Source: an uncultured Trueperaceae bacterium (GTDB taxonomy: Bacteria > Deinococcota > Deinococci > Deinococcales > Trueperaceae). From it: a DNA stretch of 64,000 bases. The notes under the pieces are model-generated. The model was not told where the DNA came from. It searched no databases and saw only the letters and a list, made by a program, of their open reading frames with translations. Shown here one piece after another: positions 10,308-21,349 of the stretch (position 1 is the first letter of the stretch; each line of letters begins with the position of its first letter). Both the position numbers and the translations under genes were made by a program. The stretch covers positions 416,001-480,000 of the forward strand of contig CAVSGP010000004.1 of NCBI GenBank assembly GCA_963727505.1. The letters run 5' to 3'.

Positions 10308-10336
10308 AGTCTAGCAGATGGCTCCCGCCCCTTCAA
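10308..10336 (-). promoter_or_regulatory. Sigma-A promoter of infC-rpmI-rplT
   Basis: Minus strand TTGAAG-17 nt-TAGACT with extended TG; 5'UTR hairpin GTGCCGG..CCGGCAC at 10276-10297. Confidence 0.7.
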
Positions 10337-10407
10337 CGCGCGGTCGACAAGGCGACGAGGCTGCCGGGCGTACGAGGGGACGAGAGCCCCCGCGATACCC
10401 TTGAGCC

Positions 10408-10866
10408 ATGGACGAGCACGACGACGACTCGCTCGACGACATTCCACGCCAGCTCCTCTCGCGCGCACACCGCATCGCCGTGCTGGGCGCCAGCACCCGC
10501 CGGGATCGACCCGCCTTCGAGGTCCCTGCCTACCTGGCGCGCCACGGCTACGAGATCGTGCCGGTGAATCCCCGCTACGCCGGCGAAGAACTCCACGGGC
10601 GAACGGTGCTGGCTTCGCTCTCGGAGATCTCCGAGGGCGTCGACATCGTCGACGTCTTCCGCCGGGCGGAGGACGTCACCGGCCACGTGCAGGAGATCCT
10701 GGCGATGCGGCCGCTGCCGGGCGCGGTCTGGCTCCAGCTCGGTATCCGCAACGACGATGCCGCGCGCACCTTGCGCGAGCACGGGATCGTCGTCGTCCAG
10801 GATCGGTGTACCAAGATCGAGCACCGGCGAGGGACTGCCGAGACCACCGGAGCGACGCGCGCATGA
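10408..10866 (+). CDS. CoA-binding protein (YccU-like)
   Basis: IAVLGAS...YL..HGYEIVPVNP...VDIVDVFR...VWLQLGI...VVQDRC. Confidence 0.92.
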   Translation: MDEHDDDSLDDIPRQLLSRAHRIAVLGASTRRDRPAFEVPAYLARHGYEIVPVNPRYAGEELHGRTVLASLSEISEGVDIVDVFRRAEDVTGHVQEILAMRPLPGAVWLQLGIRNDDAARTLREHGIVVVQDRCTKIEHRRGTAETTGATRA

Positions 10867-11714
10867 GCGCCGCCGGGACGCGAACGCTTCGCCTCGGCTA
10901 CTCCCCGTGCCCCAACGACGCGTTCATCTTCTACGCGCTGGCGCACGGCCTCAGCGGCGATGGGCAGCAACCCGAGGTGCGCTTCGACATCGCCCTGGAC
11001 GACGTCGAAGCCCTGAATCGTGCCGCCGACCGCGGCGAACTCGACGTGGCCAAGGTCAGCTACCACGCCTACGGCTACCTGGCCGACCGCTACGTCATGC
11101 TGCGCGCGGGAGGCGCCCTCGGAAGCGGCGTGGGGCCACTGATCGTGACCCGCGAGCCGCTGGACGATCTCGCCGGCAAGTCGATCGCCATCCCAGGGGG
11201 CCGTACCACGGCCAACCTGCTCCTGCGCCTGTCGCAACCATCGGCCCGGCTACGCGAGATGCGCTACGACCGGATCATGCCGGCGGTGGCCGCAGGCGAG
11301 GTCGACGCGGGCCTCATCATCCACGAGAGCCGGTTCACCTATCCCGACCACGGCCTGCGTTGCTTCCTCGACCTGGGGACCTGGTGGGAGGAGACGACGG
11401 GCGAGTTGGTTCCGCTCGGCGGCATCGTGGCGCGGCGGGACCTCGGCTCCGAGTTGCTGCACCGCCTTCAGGCGATGCTGCGAGCGAGCCTTACGTACGC
11501 CTGGGAGAACCCCGGTGAGACCCGGGGCTACGTCGCCGAACACGCCCAGGAGATGGACGAGACCGTGAGGCAACGACACATCGACCTCTACGTCAACCAC
11601 TATTCCATGGATGTCGGGCCCGACGGTGCACGCGCCGCCGAGACGCTGCTGGGACGGGCCGTCGAGCAGGGGCTCTTCCCCCGGCCGAAGGGGCCGCTCT
11701 TCCTTTCCGATTGA
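10863..11714 (+). CDS. mqnD: 1,4-dihydroxy-6-naphthoate synthase (futalosine menaquinone pathway)
   Basis: LGYSPCPNDAFIF, DVEALN, AIPG..TTANLL, GLIIHESRFTY, DLG.WW, HIDLYVN; ATGA overlap with the upstream gene. Confidence 0.94.
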   Translation: MSAAGTRTLRLGYSPCPNDAFIFYALAHGLSGDGQQPEVRFDIALDDVEALNRAADRGELDVAKVSYHAYGYLADRYVMLRAGGALGSGVGPLIVTREPLDDLAGKSIAIPGGRTTANLLLRLSQPSARLREMRYDRIMPAVAAGEVDAGLIIHESRFTYPDHGLRCFLDLGTWWEETTGELVPLGGIVARRDLGSELLHRLQAMLRASLTYAWENPGETRGYVAEHAQEMDETVRQRHIDLYVNHYSMDVGPDGARAAETLLGRAVEQGLFPRPKGPLFLSD

Positions 11715-11810
11715 CTCCGCGAGTAGGGGCGGGCCGGCGGCGGCCAGGCCCCATCCTCAGGACGTCTGGCCCCTTCATCCTCCTCGCCGCCGAGCGGTAA
11801 GGTGGGCGTC

Positions 11811-12011
11811 ATGGCGAGCTTCACGGTCGGTGAGGAAGTCCTCTACGAAGGTCGACGCTACGTGATCAGCACCGCCCCGGCCCAGCCGCCGTACCGGTAC
11901 CGCCTGCTGGCGACGACGCCGGCGGGCGCCCGCATGGCGTGGGCCCGGGCCGAAGAGCTGCACAAGATCGACGCCTACACCCGGCCCCACGACGATACGC
12001 AGAACATCTGA
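11811..12011 (+). CDS. Small hypothetical protein (66 aa)
   Basis: GC3-rich ORF with TAAGGT -10 element 7 nt before ATG; fills a gap between genes. Confidence 0.65.
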   Translation: MASFTVGEEVLYEGRRYVISTAPAQPPYRYRLLATTPAGARMAWARAEELHKIDAYTRPHDDTQNI

Positions 12012-12020
12012 GCTGGCCGT

Positions 12021-12770
12021 TCAGCGGCGCGTCCTCACGGCCACCAGGGCTCGCGCCAGCCGCACGCCGTCCACCGCCGCCTGCTCGAACGGCAGGTAGC
12101 CGCGCGCGCACAGCCCGGCGGCGTACAGCCCCGGCAGCTCAGGCAACCGGTAGCCATCGCCCGCCACCCCGGACGCTTCCAGCACCCGGCAGCGCACCTC
12201 GTAGGGCAGAGCCCCACCGGCGGGATCGGCCGACAACGCCACGTCACGGAACGTGACGCCGCGCTGCTCGAGGTCGAGGTAGAGCTCGTCGTAGGCCATC
12301 TCGCTGAGCCGCCCAGCCACCTCCGTCAGAGATCCCACCGTGAGACGCGCCCGCAGGAAGCTGCCCACGCACAGCGCGACCGGGCGTCCGAGTCGCGCCA
12401 CCCCCTCCCAGGTGTCCACCCCGTCGACGCGCCCACGTTCGTCCAAGCGCAGGGCGGTCACGTTGGACTGCAGCAGATGCAATCCGTCCTGGCGCTCCAG
12501 GGCGTACTTCGCCGCCCGGTGGAGCTCGGCGTTCCGCATGCGCCCGGCACCGTCGGCGTGCTCGGTCCACAGGCTCCGCATGAGCGTGCCCTCCGGGGGC
12601 GCCAGGGTGACCGTGTCTCCCACGGTGTTGTAGACGGTGTCGAGGCTGGTCGTCACCAGGAGCGTGTCGAGGCCCTCGCGGGCACAGGCGTACGCCGCTT
12701 CGCTGCCGGCGATGCCAGCGCCCACCACGATGACCTCGTAGCGGTGGCCGCGCGTCGGGTACGTCGGCAA
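12021..12770 (-). CDS. Small GidA/MnmG-like FAD-dependent protein
   Basis: VIVVGAGIAGSEAA FAD motif, TTSLDTVY, V.LCVGSFL.ARL..G...E.AGRLSEMAY, GLYAAG; about 250 aa, like the Thermus/Deinococcus small GidA. Confidence 0.82.
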   Translation of the reverse strand: MPTYPTRGHRYEVIVVGAGIAGSEAAYACAREGLDTLLVTTSLDTVYNTVGDTVTLAPPEGTLMRSLWTEHADGAGRMRNAELHRAAKYALERQDGLHLLQSNVTALRLDERGRVDGVDTWEGVARLGRPVALCVGSFLRARLTVGSLTEVAGRLSEMAYDELYLDLEQRGVTFRDVALSADPAGGALPYEVRCRVLEASGVAGDGYRLPELPGLYAAGLCARGYLPFEQAAVDGVRLARALVAVRTRR

Positions 12771-12780
12771 GCGGCAGACC

Positions 12781-13380
12781 TCAGTCGGCGAGCTGGACGC
12801 CGGCCAGCAAGGGCTGGCGCCTCCCGGCAGCTCGGATGAGAACGTGCTCGCCGCGCCGCGTCCGCTGGTAGATCAGCACGCCGGCCGACGCGCCCACCAG
12901 GGGGCTCTCCTCGGGCGCGTCGACCAGCACGCGCAGGTGGAGCGGCAGGGACGTGCGCACATGTCCCAGCTCGTAGCGACGCTCGCCGGTGAGCCGGTAG
13001 CCGAAGAAGACGTCGGGCGGATCATCCCCGGAGTAGATGGTCGTGAGCGATTGCGCCTCGCCAGCACGGTAGTGCGCGACCGCCTCCCACACGGCGGCCT
13101 GGGCATCGGCCTCCTGCACTGTGACGACCTCCGGCGAGCGGGTGTCGCCGAAGAAGGCGGCCGGGAAGTTCCGCGCCTGCGCGTAGAAACCCTCGCGTCC
13201 GACGCGCAGCCGCATCACCTGGTTGTCGTAGGCGCGCCCCTTCACCAGGCTCTTGAAATGCGAGATGGCCAGCCCGAACCGCCGGTCGTGCGCCTCCGCG
13301 AAGTCCTCCCAGTCGGGGTTGACCAGGGAGGCGTCGGTGTTGAGCTCGAAGCCGCTCGTTGTGACGTCCGAGAGGTTCAT
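12781..13380 (-). CDS. Hypothetical protein, translationally coupled to menG
   Basis: 199-aa ORF with coding-like codon usage; ATGA overlap with the upstream methyltransferase stop. Confidence 0.75.
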   Translation of the reverse strand: MNLSDVTTSGFELNTDASLVNPDWEDFAEAHDRRFGLAISHFKSLVKGRAYDNQVMRLRVGREGFYAQARNFPAAFFGDTRSPEVVTVQEADAQAAVWEAVAHYRAGEAQSLTTIYSGDDPPDVFFGYRLTGERRYELGHVRTSLPLHLRVLVDAPEESPLVGASAGVLIYQRTRRGEHVLIRAAGRRQPLLAGVQLAD

Positions 13381-14096
13381 ATGCGTTTCTCTCCTCGATG
13401 GATGGCTGAGACGCCGAAGGTCTGCAAGCGGAAGTGCACGTCCGCGAATCCGGCAGCGTGCATACGCTCGGCCAGCTCGCTGGGCGCGGGGAACGCCATC
13501 ACGGACGCCGGCAGATAGCGATAGGCGCTCTCGCGCCCCGAGATCAGACCCCCGACGGCGGGCAGCACCCGGGTGAAGTACCAGCGGTAGAGCCGCCCGA
13601 ACGCCCCACCGGGTGGCGGAGGGAACTCCAGCACGACCAGTCGCCCGCCCGGGCGCAGCACCCGCTGGAACTCCCGCAGTCCCGCATCCAGGTCGTCGAA
13701 GTTCCGCAGGCCGTAGGCGATGGTCACGGCGTCGAAGCTGTCGTCCGGGTAGGCGAGCCGGGTACCGTCGCCGACCTCGAACCGCAGGTGCCCATCCCGG
13801 CCACCCGCCTTGGCGCGCGCGAGCTCCAGCATGGGCTCGGCGAAGTCGACGCCCACGATCTCGGCGTCCGGCGCCAGCGAGGCCAGCGTGAATGCCAGGT
13901 CACCCGTGCCGGTCGCGACGTCGAGCACGTGACGCGCCCCGCCTTGGAGCGCCGCACGCGCCGCCTGAACGCGCCAGCGGCGATCGATGCCGAAGCTGAG
14001 GAGTCGGTTGAGGGCGTCGTAGCGCGGAGCGATGGTCGAGAACATCGCCCGCACCTCCGCCGCCTTGTCGCTGGGGACCTGTCCGGCCGACGCCAT
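13377..14096 (-). CDS. menG: Demethylmenaquinone methyltransferase UbiE/MenG
   Basis: VRAMFSTIAPRYDALNRLLSFGIDRRWR, LDVATGTGD, TIAYGLRN, RVLRPGG.LVVLEF, AYRYLPAS. Confidence 0.93.
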   Translation of the reverse strand: MASAGQVPSDKAAEVRAMFSTIAPRYDALNRLLSFGIDRRWRVQAARAALQGGARHVLDVATGTGDLAFTLASLAPDAEIVGVDFAEPMLELARAKAGGRDGHLRFEVGDGTRLAYPDDSFDAVTIAYGLRNFDDLDAGLREFQRVLRPGGRLVVLEFPPPPGGAFGRLYRWYFTRVLPAVGGLISGRESAYRYLPASVMAFPAPSELAERMHAAGFADVHFRLQTFGVSAIHRGEKRI

Positions 14097-14186
14097 CCTC
14101 ACGAGGCTACCATGCGCCGTCAGAGCGCAACCGACGCCGCGCGCAGCCCCGCGCGCGGTCCGCACGAAGCCACCCGTACGTTCCGG

Positions 14187-14453
14187 TCAAGCGCGGCGCA
14201 GGCCGTGCTGGTCCAGGAACGCGTCGAACTTCTCCCGCGTGAAGCCAGACAGACTGGTGGCGCGCCCTTCCACCACCAGGGTGGGGACGCTGCGCCGCCC
14301 ATCGTTGACGCGCTGAACGTATTCAGCCGCTTCGGGGTTCTGCTCGATGTCCACCTCGACGAAGGGGATCGCGAACTTCTGCAAGAACGTCTTGGTGCGC
14401 TGGCAATCGCCGCACCAACGGGTCGTGTACATGGTCAAGGGATCGGTCTGCAA
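14187..14453 (-). CDS. Glutaredoxin-like protein (mycoredoxin/NrdH-like, CGDC)
   Basis: [33 protein letters not shown] before the TTG start. Confidence 0.88.
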   Translation of the reverse strand: MQTDPLTMYTTRWCGDCQRTKTFLQKFAIPFVEVDIEQNPEAAEYVQRVNDGRRSVPTLVVEGRATSLSGFTREKFDAFLDQHGLRRA

Positions 14454-14773
14454 CGCTGTCCTCCAGGCGATCGAGCGGCACCCGTCGGCACGGGTGGCTC
14501 ATGCACTGCACACGAACCTATCAGATGCCGGCTCACGCACCTGTCAACCAGGAAGCACGCTCGGAGCCGCGCGCCTCGGCGCCTCCGGCACCCGCTCTCC
14601 GGCACCCGGATTGTAGCGCCGGACGCGGTCCCTGCGTAGGATGTTCGTATACCCTTTGTTCAAGGTCGGAAAAGCCCCATACCCTGCGATCCCTCCCTGC
14701 ACCCCAACCTCTCTCCAAACCACCCCTGGAGCGACAGGCGACGGGACCGACCCCAAACGAGAAGGAGGAACTC

Positions 14774-15280
14774 ATGAGACACACCCTCAAGACCCTGTTC
14801 GCCGGAGCCGCGCTGGCCGCGCTCCTCACCTTCGGAACCGCCTCCGCCCAGACCATCGTCGACGTGGCGGCGTCGAACCCGGACTTCAGCACCCTCGTCA
14901 CGGCCCTGACCGAGGCCGGCCTGGTCGACACGTTGAACAGCGACGGTCCGTTCACGGTGTTCGCGCCCACCAACGAAGCCTTCGCCGCCCTGCCCGAGGG
15001 CCAGCTCCAGGCGCTGCTCGCCAACAAGGAGCAGCTCGTGGCAGTGCTCACCTACCACGTGGTCGCCGGCAAGGTGATGGCGGCCGACGTCGTCGGCCTC
15101 TCCTCGGCCGAAAGCGTGCAGGGTGAACCCATCGCCATCCGCGTCGGCGCCGGCGGCGTGATGGTCAACGACGCCAACGTCACCGCCACCGACATCCTGG
15201 CCTCCAACGGCGTCATCCATGTCATCGACAAGGTCATCCTGCCCCCGAGCATGACGATGGGCGCCGCCACCAGCAACTGA
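14774..15280 (+). CDS. Secreted fasciclin (FAS1) domain protein
   Basis: Signal peptide ending ASA-Q; FSTLV.AL..AGLVDTL...[41 protein letters not shown]. Confidence 0.94.
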   Translation: MRHTLKTLFAGAALAALLTFGTASAQTIVDVAASNPDFSTLVTALTEAGLVDTLNSDGPFTVFAPTNEAFAALPEGQLQALLANKEQLVAVLTYHVVAGKVMAADVVGLSSAESVQGEPIAIRVGAGGVMVNDANVTATDILASNGVIHVIDKVILPPSMTMGAATSN

Positions 15281-15306
15281 CCTGCCCCTCCATCCATCCG
15301 CGAGAG

Positions 15307-15341
15307 GGCGAAGGCGGGGCCAAGTCGGCCCCGCCTTCGCC
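15307..15341 (+). terminator. Hairpin after fasciclin gene
   Basis: GGCGAAGGCGGGGCC-AAGTC-GGCCCCGCCTTCGCC perfect 15-bp stem. Confidence 0.7.
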
Positions 15342-15476
15342 GTTGTGCGGACGCAGCATGTCTCCGCGCTGCACGCGGCGGCGGGTGCGTCCGCTATACT
15401 GTTTCGTTGAATCCTCGGCGACCACGCCGCTCAACGCCGATCGCCCCCAAGGGGCGCCCACACCCCCGGAGACCAA

Positions 15477-17282
<1,806 letters not shown>

Positions 17283-17331
17283 ACGTCCGCGTACGCCTGC
17301 ACCCGGCCGCGCCGGCCGGCGTCCCCATCGA

Positions 17332-18132
17332 TCAGTTGGGCTCGGGTACCGGTATCGCCGGGGGCGCGCTGGGCGCCGGCGATGCGAGCGGCCGCGCACG
17401 TTCCGTGTCCGAGCCGTCCGGTGGAGCATCGGCGCGCGGCCCCCGCTCCACCAGGATCGGCGCGTAGGGTGCCTCCTGCCGGGCACGGGCCCGACCCTGA
17501 CGCACCAGCTCCATCAGCGCCGCGAAGCTCACCGTGCGGGTCGACCAGTCCGTCGCGTCGGCCAGCTCGAAGAGGCGCCCCCGTCCCAGCCGGCGCAGGG
17601 CGGCCATCACGCGGCGCATGGCCCCGGCCAGCGTGAGACGCTCGAGCGCGAGTTCGAAGTAGTTACCGACACGGTAGCGGCCCGCGATCCTCGCGAGGTC
17701 GGTGGGGTGGGCGCGCAACGGCCGCTCAGGCCGTGGATACTCCGGCCGGGGCGCCCGTGCGGGCAGCACCAGCCGGCGCTCCTCGCGCCGCAGCCGCAGG
17801 AACTGCACCGCTTCCTCCAGCTCCTCCAACAGGGTGACCGCCGACAGGGTCTCCTCCAGCACCTCGCCGTCGTCGGGCTCCTCGCGCGGGGGACGCGGTA
17901 GCAGCAGCCGGACCTTCAGCTCGATGACCTGCGCCACGCGCGGCAACGCCTCGCTGGCGAGCTCGAGATCGTGCTCTGCCGCGGCGTCGAAGAACACCAG
18001 ATAGTCGCGGACCAGGCGGTAGAGGTCGAGGCGGCGCGGCGCCAGGTTGCCGCTTCGCAGCGCGTGCGCCAGCTCCCCGAGCGTCCCGCGGAAGTGCTCC
18101 TGCTCGACGGTGAACGCGTTCGCGTCGGCCAC
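17332..18132 (-). CDS. scpA: Segregation and condensation protein A
   Basis: N-terminal F.G.L.EL...L, IELKVRLLLP; C-terminal FAALMELVRQG..RARQEAPYAPI kleisin motif. Confidence 0.85.
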   Translation of the reverse strand: MADANAFTVEQEHFRGTLGELAHALRSGNLAPRRLDLYRLVRDYLVFFDAAAEHDLELASEALPRVAQVIELKVRLLLPRPPREEPDDGEVLEETLSAVTLLEELEEAVQFLRLRREERRLVLPARAPRPEYPRPERPLRAHPTDLARIAGRYRVGNYFELALERLTLAGAMRRVMAALRRLGRGRLFELADATDWSTRTVSFAALMELVRQGRARARQEAPYAPILVERGPRADAPPDGSDTERARPLASPAPSAPPAIPVPEPN

Positions 18133-18181
18133 GCCGCGAGTCTACCATCGGCCCGCCGCGGCTCCGAACGCCCCGGCGGCG

Positions 18182-18799
18182 TCAATCCAGGAAGGGGTCC
18201 ACGCCCTCCGCCGCGAGGTGACGGGTGTCGTTGACGCGCTCGACGATGGCATCGTCGCCGCGGAACAGCACCCGGCTGATACCGGTGTGGCGCAGGTAGA
18301 TGCGCTTGCGCCAGCGCGGCCGCTCGACGCCGAGCACATGGGCCAGCAGCATCTGGATGGTGCCCGAGTGACTCACCGCGACCACGTGGTCCGGGCCGTC
18401 CAGCTCAACCATCCATGCCACCACCCGCTCCCGAAGCTGGCGGTAGGACTCCCCGCCAGGCGCCGAACGCTCGTAGGGATCGGCGATCCACCACGCCCAC
18501 TCGGGACGGATCTCGTTCTGCTGCTGGGTCGCCCCCTCGAAGGCGCCGAAGTCGATCTCCGCGAGGCGAGCGTCGAGCCGGATCTCGCGTTCCGGGAAGG
18601 CGATCTCGGCCGTCTCGCGTGCCCGACCCAGCGGACTGGAGTAGACGACGGCGTCGGGCTCCAGGCCGCGCACGTGACGCGCCAGGCGGCGCGCCTGTTT
18701 CCTCCCCTGCTCGGAAAGCGCGATGTCGCTCTGCCCCTGGAACTGCCCGCTGACGTTCCAAGGGGTGAGTGCGTGACGGATCAGCGTGAGCCGGTGCAT
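18182..18799 (-). CDS. Histidine phosphatase family protein
   Basis: LIRHA.T.WN...FQGQSDIAL, YSSPL.RARETA, EIDFGAFEG, PGGES, VSHSG. Confidence 0.92.
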   Translation of the reverse strand: MHRLTLIRHALTPWNVSGQFQGQSDIALSEQGRKQARRLARHVRGLEPDAVVYSSPLGRARETAEIAFPEREIRLDARLAEIDFGAFEGATQQQNEIRPEWAWWIADPYERSAPGGESYRQLRERVVAWMVELDGPDHVVAVSHSGTIQMLLAHVLGVERPRWRKRIYLRHTGISRVLFRGDDAIVERVNDTRHLAAEGVDPFLD

Positions 18800-18899
18800 C
18801 CGGCCCCGAGTCTACCAGCCCCCGACCCCGCGCGCCCGCCCGGGCGAACGTGTCGCCACCACGTGCAGAACGCTCTTTTGCCCATGCTAGGGTCGCCAT

Positions 18900-19616
18900 A
18901 TGGAGATCTCCGGCAAGACAGCCCTGGTCACCGGCGCGAGTCGCGGCATCGGCCGCGCCGTCGCCCAAGCCCTGGTCGAAGCGGGCATGAACGTCACCTT
19001 GACGTCGCGGCACGCCGACGACGTGGAGCGTACAGCCGAGGCACTGAGCGCCGCCGGCGGCGGTCGAGCACTGGGCGTGGCGTGCGACGTACGCGAATAC
19101 GAGGCGCTCGAGCGCGCCGTGGACGCCACGCTGGAGCGCTTCGGCAGCCTCGACGCGGTCGTCGCCAACGCCGGGATCGGCGCCTTCGCCCCCGTCGACA
19201 GCATGAGCCTCGACGCCTGGCGCTCCACCATCGACACCAACCTGAGCGGCGTGTTCTACACGGTGAAGGCGTCGGTGGAAGCGCTCAAGCGGAGCCAGGG
19301 CACCATCATCACCGTCGGCAGCCTGGCCGGCGCCAACTTCTTCGCGGGAGGCGCAGCCTACAACGCCAGCAAGTTCGGCCTCGCCGGTTTCAGCCAGGCC
19401 GTCATGCTCGACCTGCGCAAGCACGGGATCAAGGTCTCGACGATCATGCCGGGCTCGGTCGCCACCCACTTCTCCGGCAACGCCCCCGGCCCGGACGAGG
19501 CCTGGAAGATCCAGCCCGAGGACCTCGCCGAGATGGTGCTCTACCTGCTGCGCACACCGCAACGCACCCTGCCGAGCAAGATCGAGGTGCGCCCCAGCAG
19601 ACCGCCGGGCAGCTAG
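18900..19616 (+). CDS. SDR family oxidoreductase
   Basis: TGASRGIG, VANAGIG, YNASK catalytic motif. Confidence 0.93.
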   Translation: MEISGKTALVTGASRGIGRAVAQALVEAGMNVTLTSRHADDVERTAEALSAAGGGRALGVACDVREYEALERAVDATLERFGSLDAVVANAGIGAFAPVDSMSLDAWRSTIDTNLSGVFYTVKASVEALKRSQGTIITVGSLAGANFFAGGAAYNASKFGLAGFSQAVMLDLRKHGIKVSTIMPGSVATHFSGNAPGPDEAWKIQPEDLAEMVLYLLRTPQRTLPSKIEVRPSRPPGS

Positions 19617-19661
19617 CGGCACCGGGCGGCACCGGGCTCGGCCTGCCGGTACACTGTTCCC

Positions 19662-20774
19662 ATGTATCGAGCGCTGCGCCGCGCGCTCTTCCGACTCGAG
19701 CCGGAGCGCGCCCACGACGTCGTGATCGGCGGCCTCGCGTTGGCGGGCCGCAGCGTGCTGGCACGGCGCGCCCTGGAGCGCGCTTACGCCCTGCGCGACC
19801 CGCGCCTGGAGGTCGAGGTCTTCGGTCTGCGCTTCCCCTCCCCCATCGGGCTGGCTGCCGGCCTCGACAAGGACGGCGTGGCGGTGCGCTCCCTCGCCGC
19901 CCTCGGCTTCGGGCACCTCGAGCTCGGCAGCGTCACCGCGAGAGCCCAGCCCGGCAACCCGCGACCGCGCCTGTTCCGCCTCGTAGGTGACGAGGCCATC
20001 GTCAACCGCATGGGCTTCAACAACCGCGGCGCCGAGGCGATGGCGGAGAGACTGCGACGCCTGCGGGCAGCCGGCGGCGTCGACGTGCCGCTGGGGATCA
20101 ACGTGGGGAAGTCGCGGGCGGCCCCCCTGGAGGACGCCATCGACGACTACGAACGCGCGCTACGCAGCGTGTGGGCGGTCGCCGACTACCTGGCGCTCAA
20201 CGTCTCCTCGCCCAACACCCCGGGCCTGCGCCGGCTGCAGGAGCGCGGCCCGCTCGAAGCGCTGCTCGCGCTCGCAACACGCCTGCAGGACGAGCTCGGA
20301 CGCAAGCCCGTGCTGCTCAAGATCGCCCCTGACCTGACCCGCGAGCAGCTCCTCGAAGTGGCGGAGCTGGCCGAGCGCTCCGGGGCCGCCGGCCTCATCG
20401 CCACCAACACCACCGTCGCCCGCGACGGCGTACGCTCCCCGCTGGCGAGCGAGGCGGGCGGGCTGTCGGGGCGGCCTCTGGCGCCGGCGTCGCTGGCCGC
20501 GCTGCGCGTGCTACGTGGCGCCACCCGCTTGCCGCTGGTGTCGGTCGGAGGCGTGTTCGATGGAGCGGACGTGGTCGAACGGCTGGAGGCGGGCGCCACA
20601 CTGGTGCAGGTCTATACCGGCTTCATCTACCGCGGGCCGGAGATGCTGAGAAGCGCCCATCGCGACCTCCTGGCCACGCTCGATCGGCGCGGCCTGAAGC
20701 ACGTGGCAGAGCTCATGAACCGCGGCTCGTCCGCGGCCGCCACGGCACGTCCGGGCGGCCCGCGCGCGCATTGA
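19662..20774 (+). CDS. pyrD: Quinone-dependent dihydroorotate dehydrogenase
   Basis: GLAAGLDKDG, QPGNPRPRLFRL, NRMGFNN, NVSSPNTPGLR, LKIAPD, GGLSGRPL. Confidence 0.96.
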   Translation: MYRALRRALFRLEPERAHDVVIGGLALAGRSVLARRALERAYALRDPRLEVEVFGLRFPSPIGLAAGLDKDGVAVRSLAALGFGHLELGSVTARAQPGNPRPRLFRLVGDEAIVNRMGFNNRGAEAMAERLRRLRAAGGVDVPLGINVGKSRAAPLEDAIDDYERALRSVWAVADYLALNVSSPNTPGLRRLQERGPLEALLALATRLQDELGRKPVLLKIAPDLTREQLLEVAELAERSGAAGLIATNTTVARDGVRSPLASEAGGLSGRPLAPASLAALRVLRGATRLPLVSVGGVFDGADVVERLEAGATLVQVYTGFIYRGPEMLRSAHRDLLATLDRRGLKHVAELMNRGSSAAATARPGGPRAH

Positions 20775-21291
20775 CCACGCGGGCCAGCGTGAACAGCAGG
20801 TCCGACAGGCGGTTCAGGTACCGCAGGGCGTGCGGGTTGATGGCCGCGGTCTGTGCCAGCGACACGGTATCGCGCTCGGCGCGGCGCACCACGGCCCGCG
20901 CCAGGTGGAGCGCGGCGGCCGCCTCCTCCCCACCGGGCAATACGAAGCTCGTGAGCGGCTCGAGCTCGGCGTCCAGAGCGTCGATGCGGCCCTCCAACGC
21001 GGTCACGTCCTCCTCGTCGATGGCCGTCACGACCCGACGCGCCCTGGCATCGAGCGGCGTGGCCAGATCCGCCCCCAGGTCGAACAGCGCGCTCTGCAAC
21101 GCAGCGAGCTCGCCATCGAGGGCTTCGTCGACGGTCGCCGCGCGCCGCAACGCTGCGCGCGCCACGCCCAGCACAGCGTTGGCCTCGTCGACCGTGCCGT
21201 AGGCGCGCACGCGGGCATCACTCTTGGAGACGCGATCGCCGCCGAACAGCCCGGTGTCGCCGTCGTCGCCGGTGCGGGTGTAGATCTTCAT
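20713..21291 (-). CDS. PduO-type ATP:cob(I)alamin adenosyltransferase
   Basis: MKIYTRTGDDGDTGL, AYGTVDEAN, FVLPGG, RAVVRRAER, YLNRLSDLLF. Confidence 0.94.
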   Translation of the reverse strand: MKIYTRTGDDGDTGLFGGDRVSKSDARVRAYGTVDEANAVLGVARAALRRAATVDEALDGELAALQSALFDLGADLATPLDARARRVVTAIDEEDVTALEGRIDALDAELEPLTSFVLPGGEEAAAALHLARAVVRRAERDTVSLAQTAAINPHALRYLNRLSDLLFTLARVVNARAGRPDVPWRPRTSRGS

Positions 21292-21349
21292 GGTCGCAGG
21301 ATAGCCCGCTGCGAACACTTCCGCGGCCTCGGGTAGACTGGCTGCAGCA

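Noticed and set aside
14600..14773. Possible CarH/LitR or ECF-sigma operator upstream of the fasciclin gene
   Set aside because: TGTTC words are present but not in a consistent 11-bp phase; no motif could be supported.
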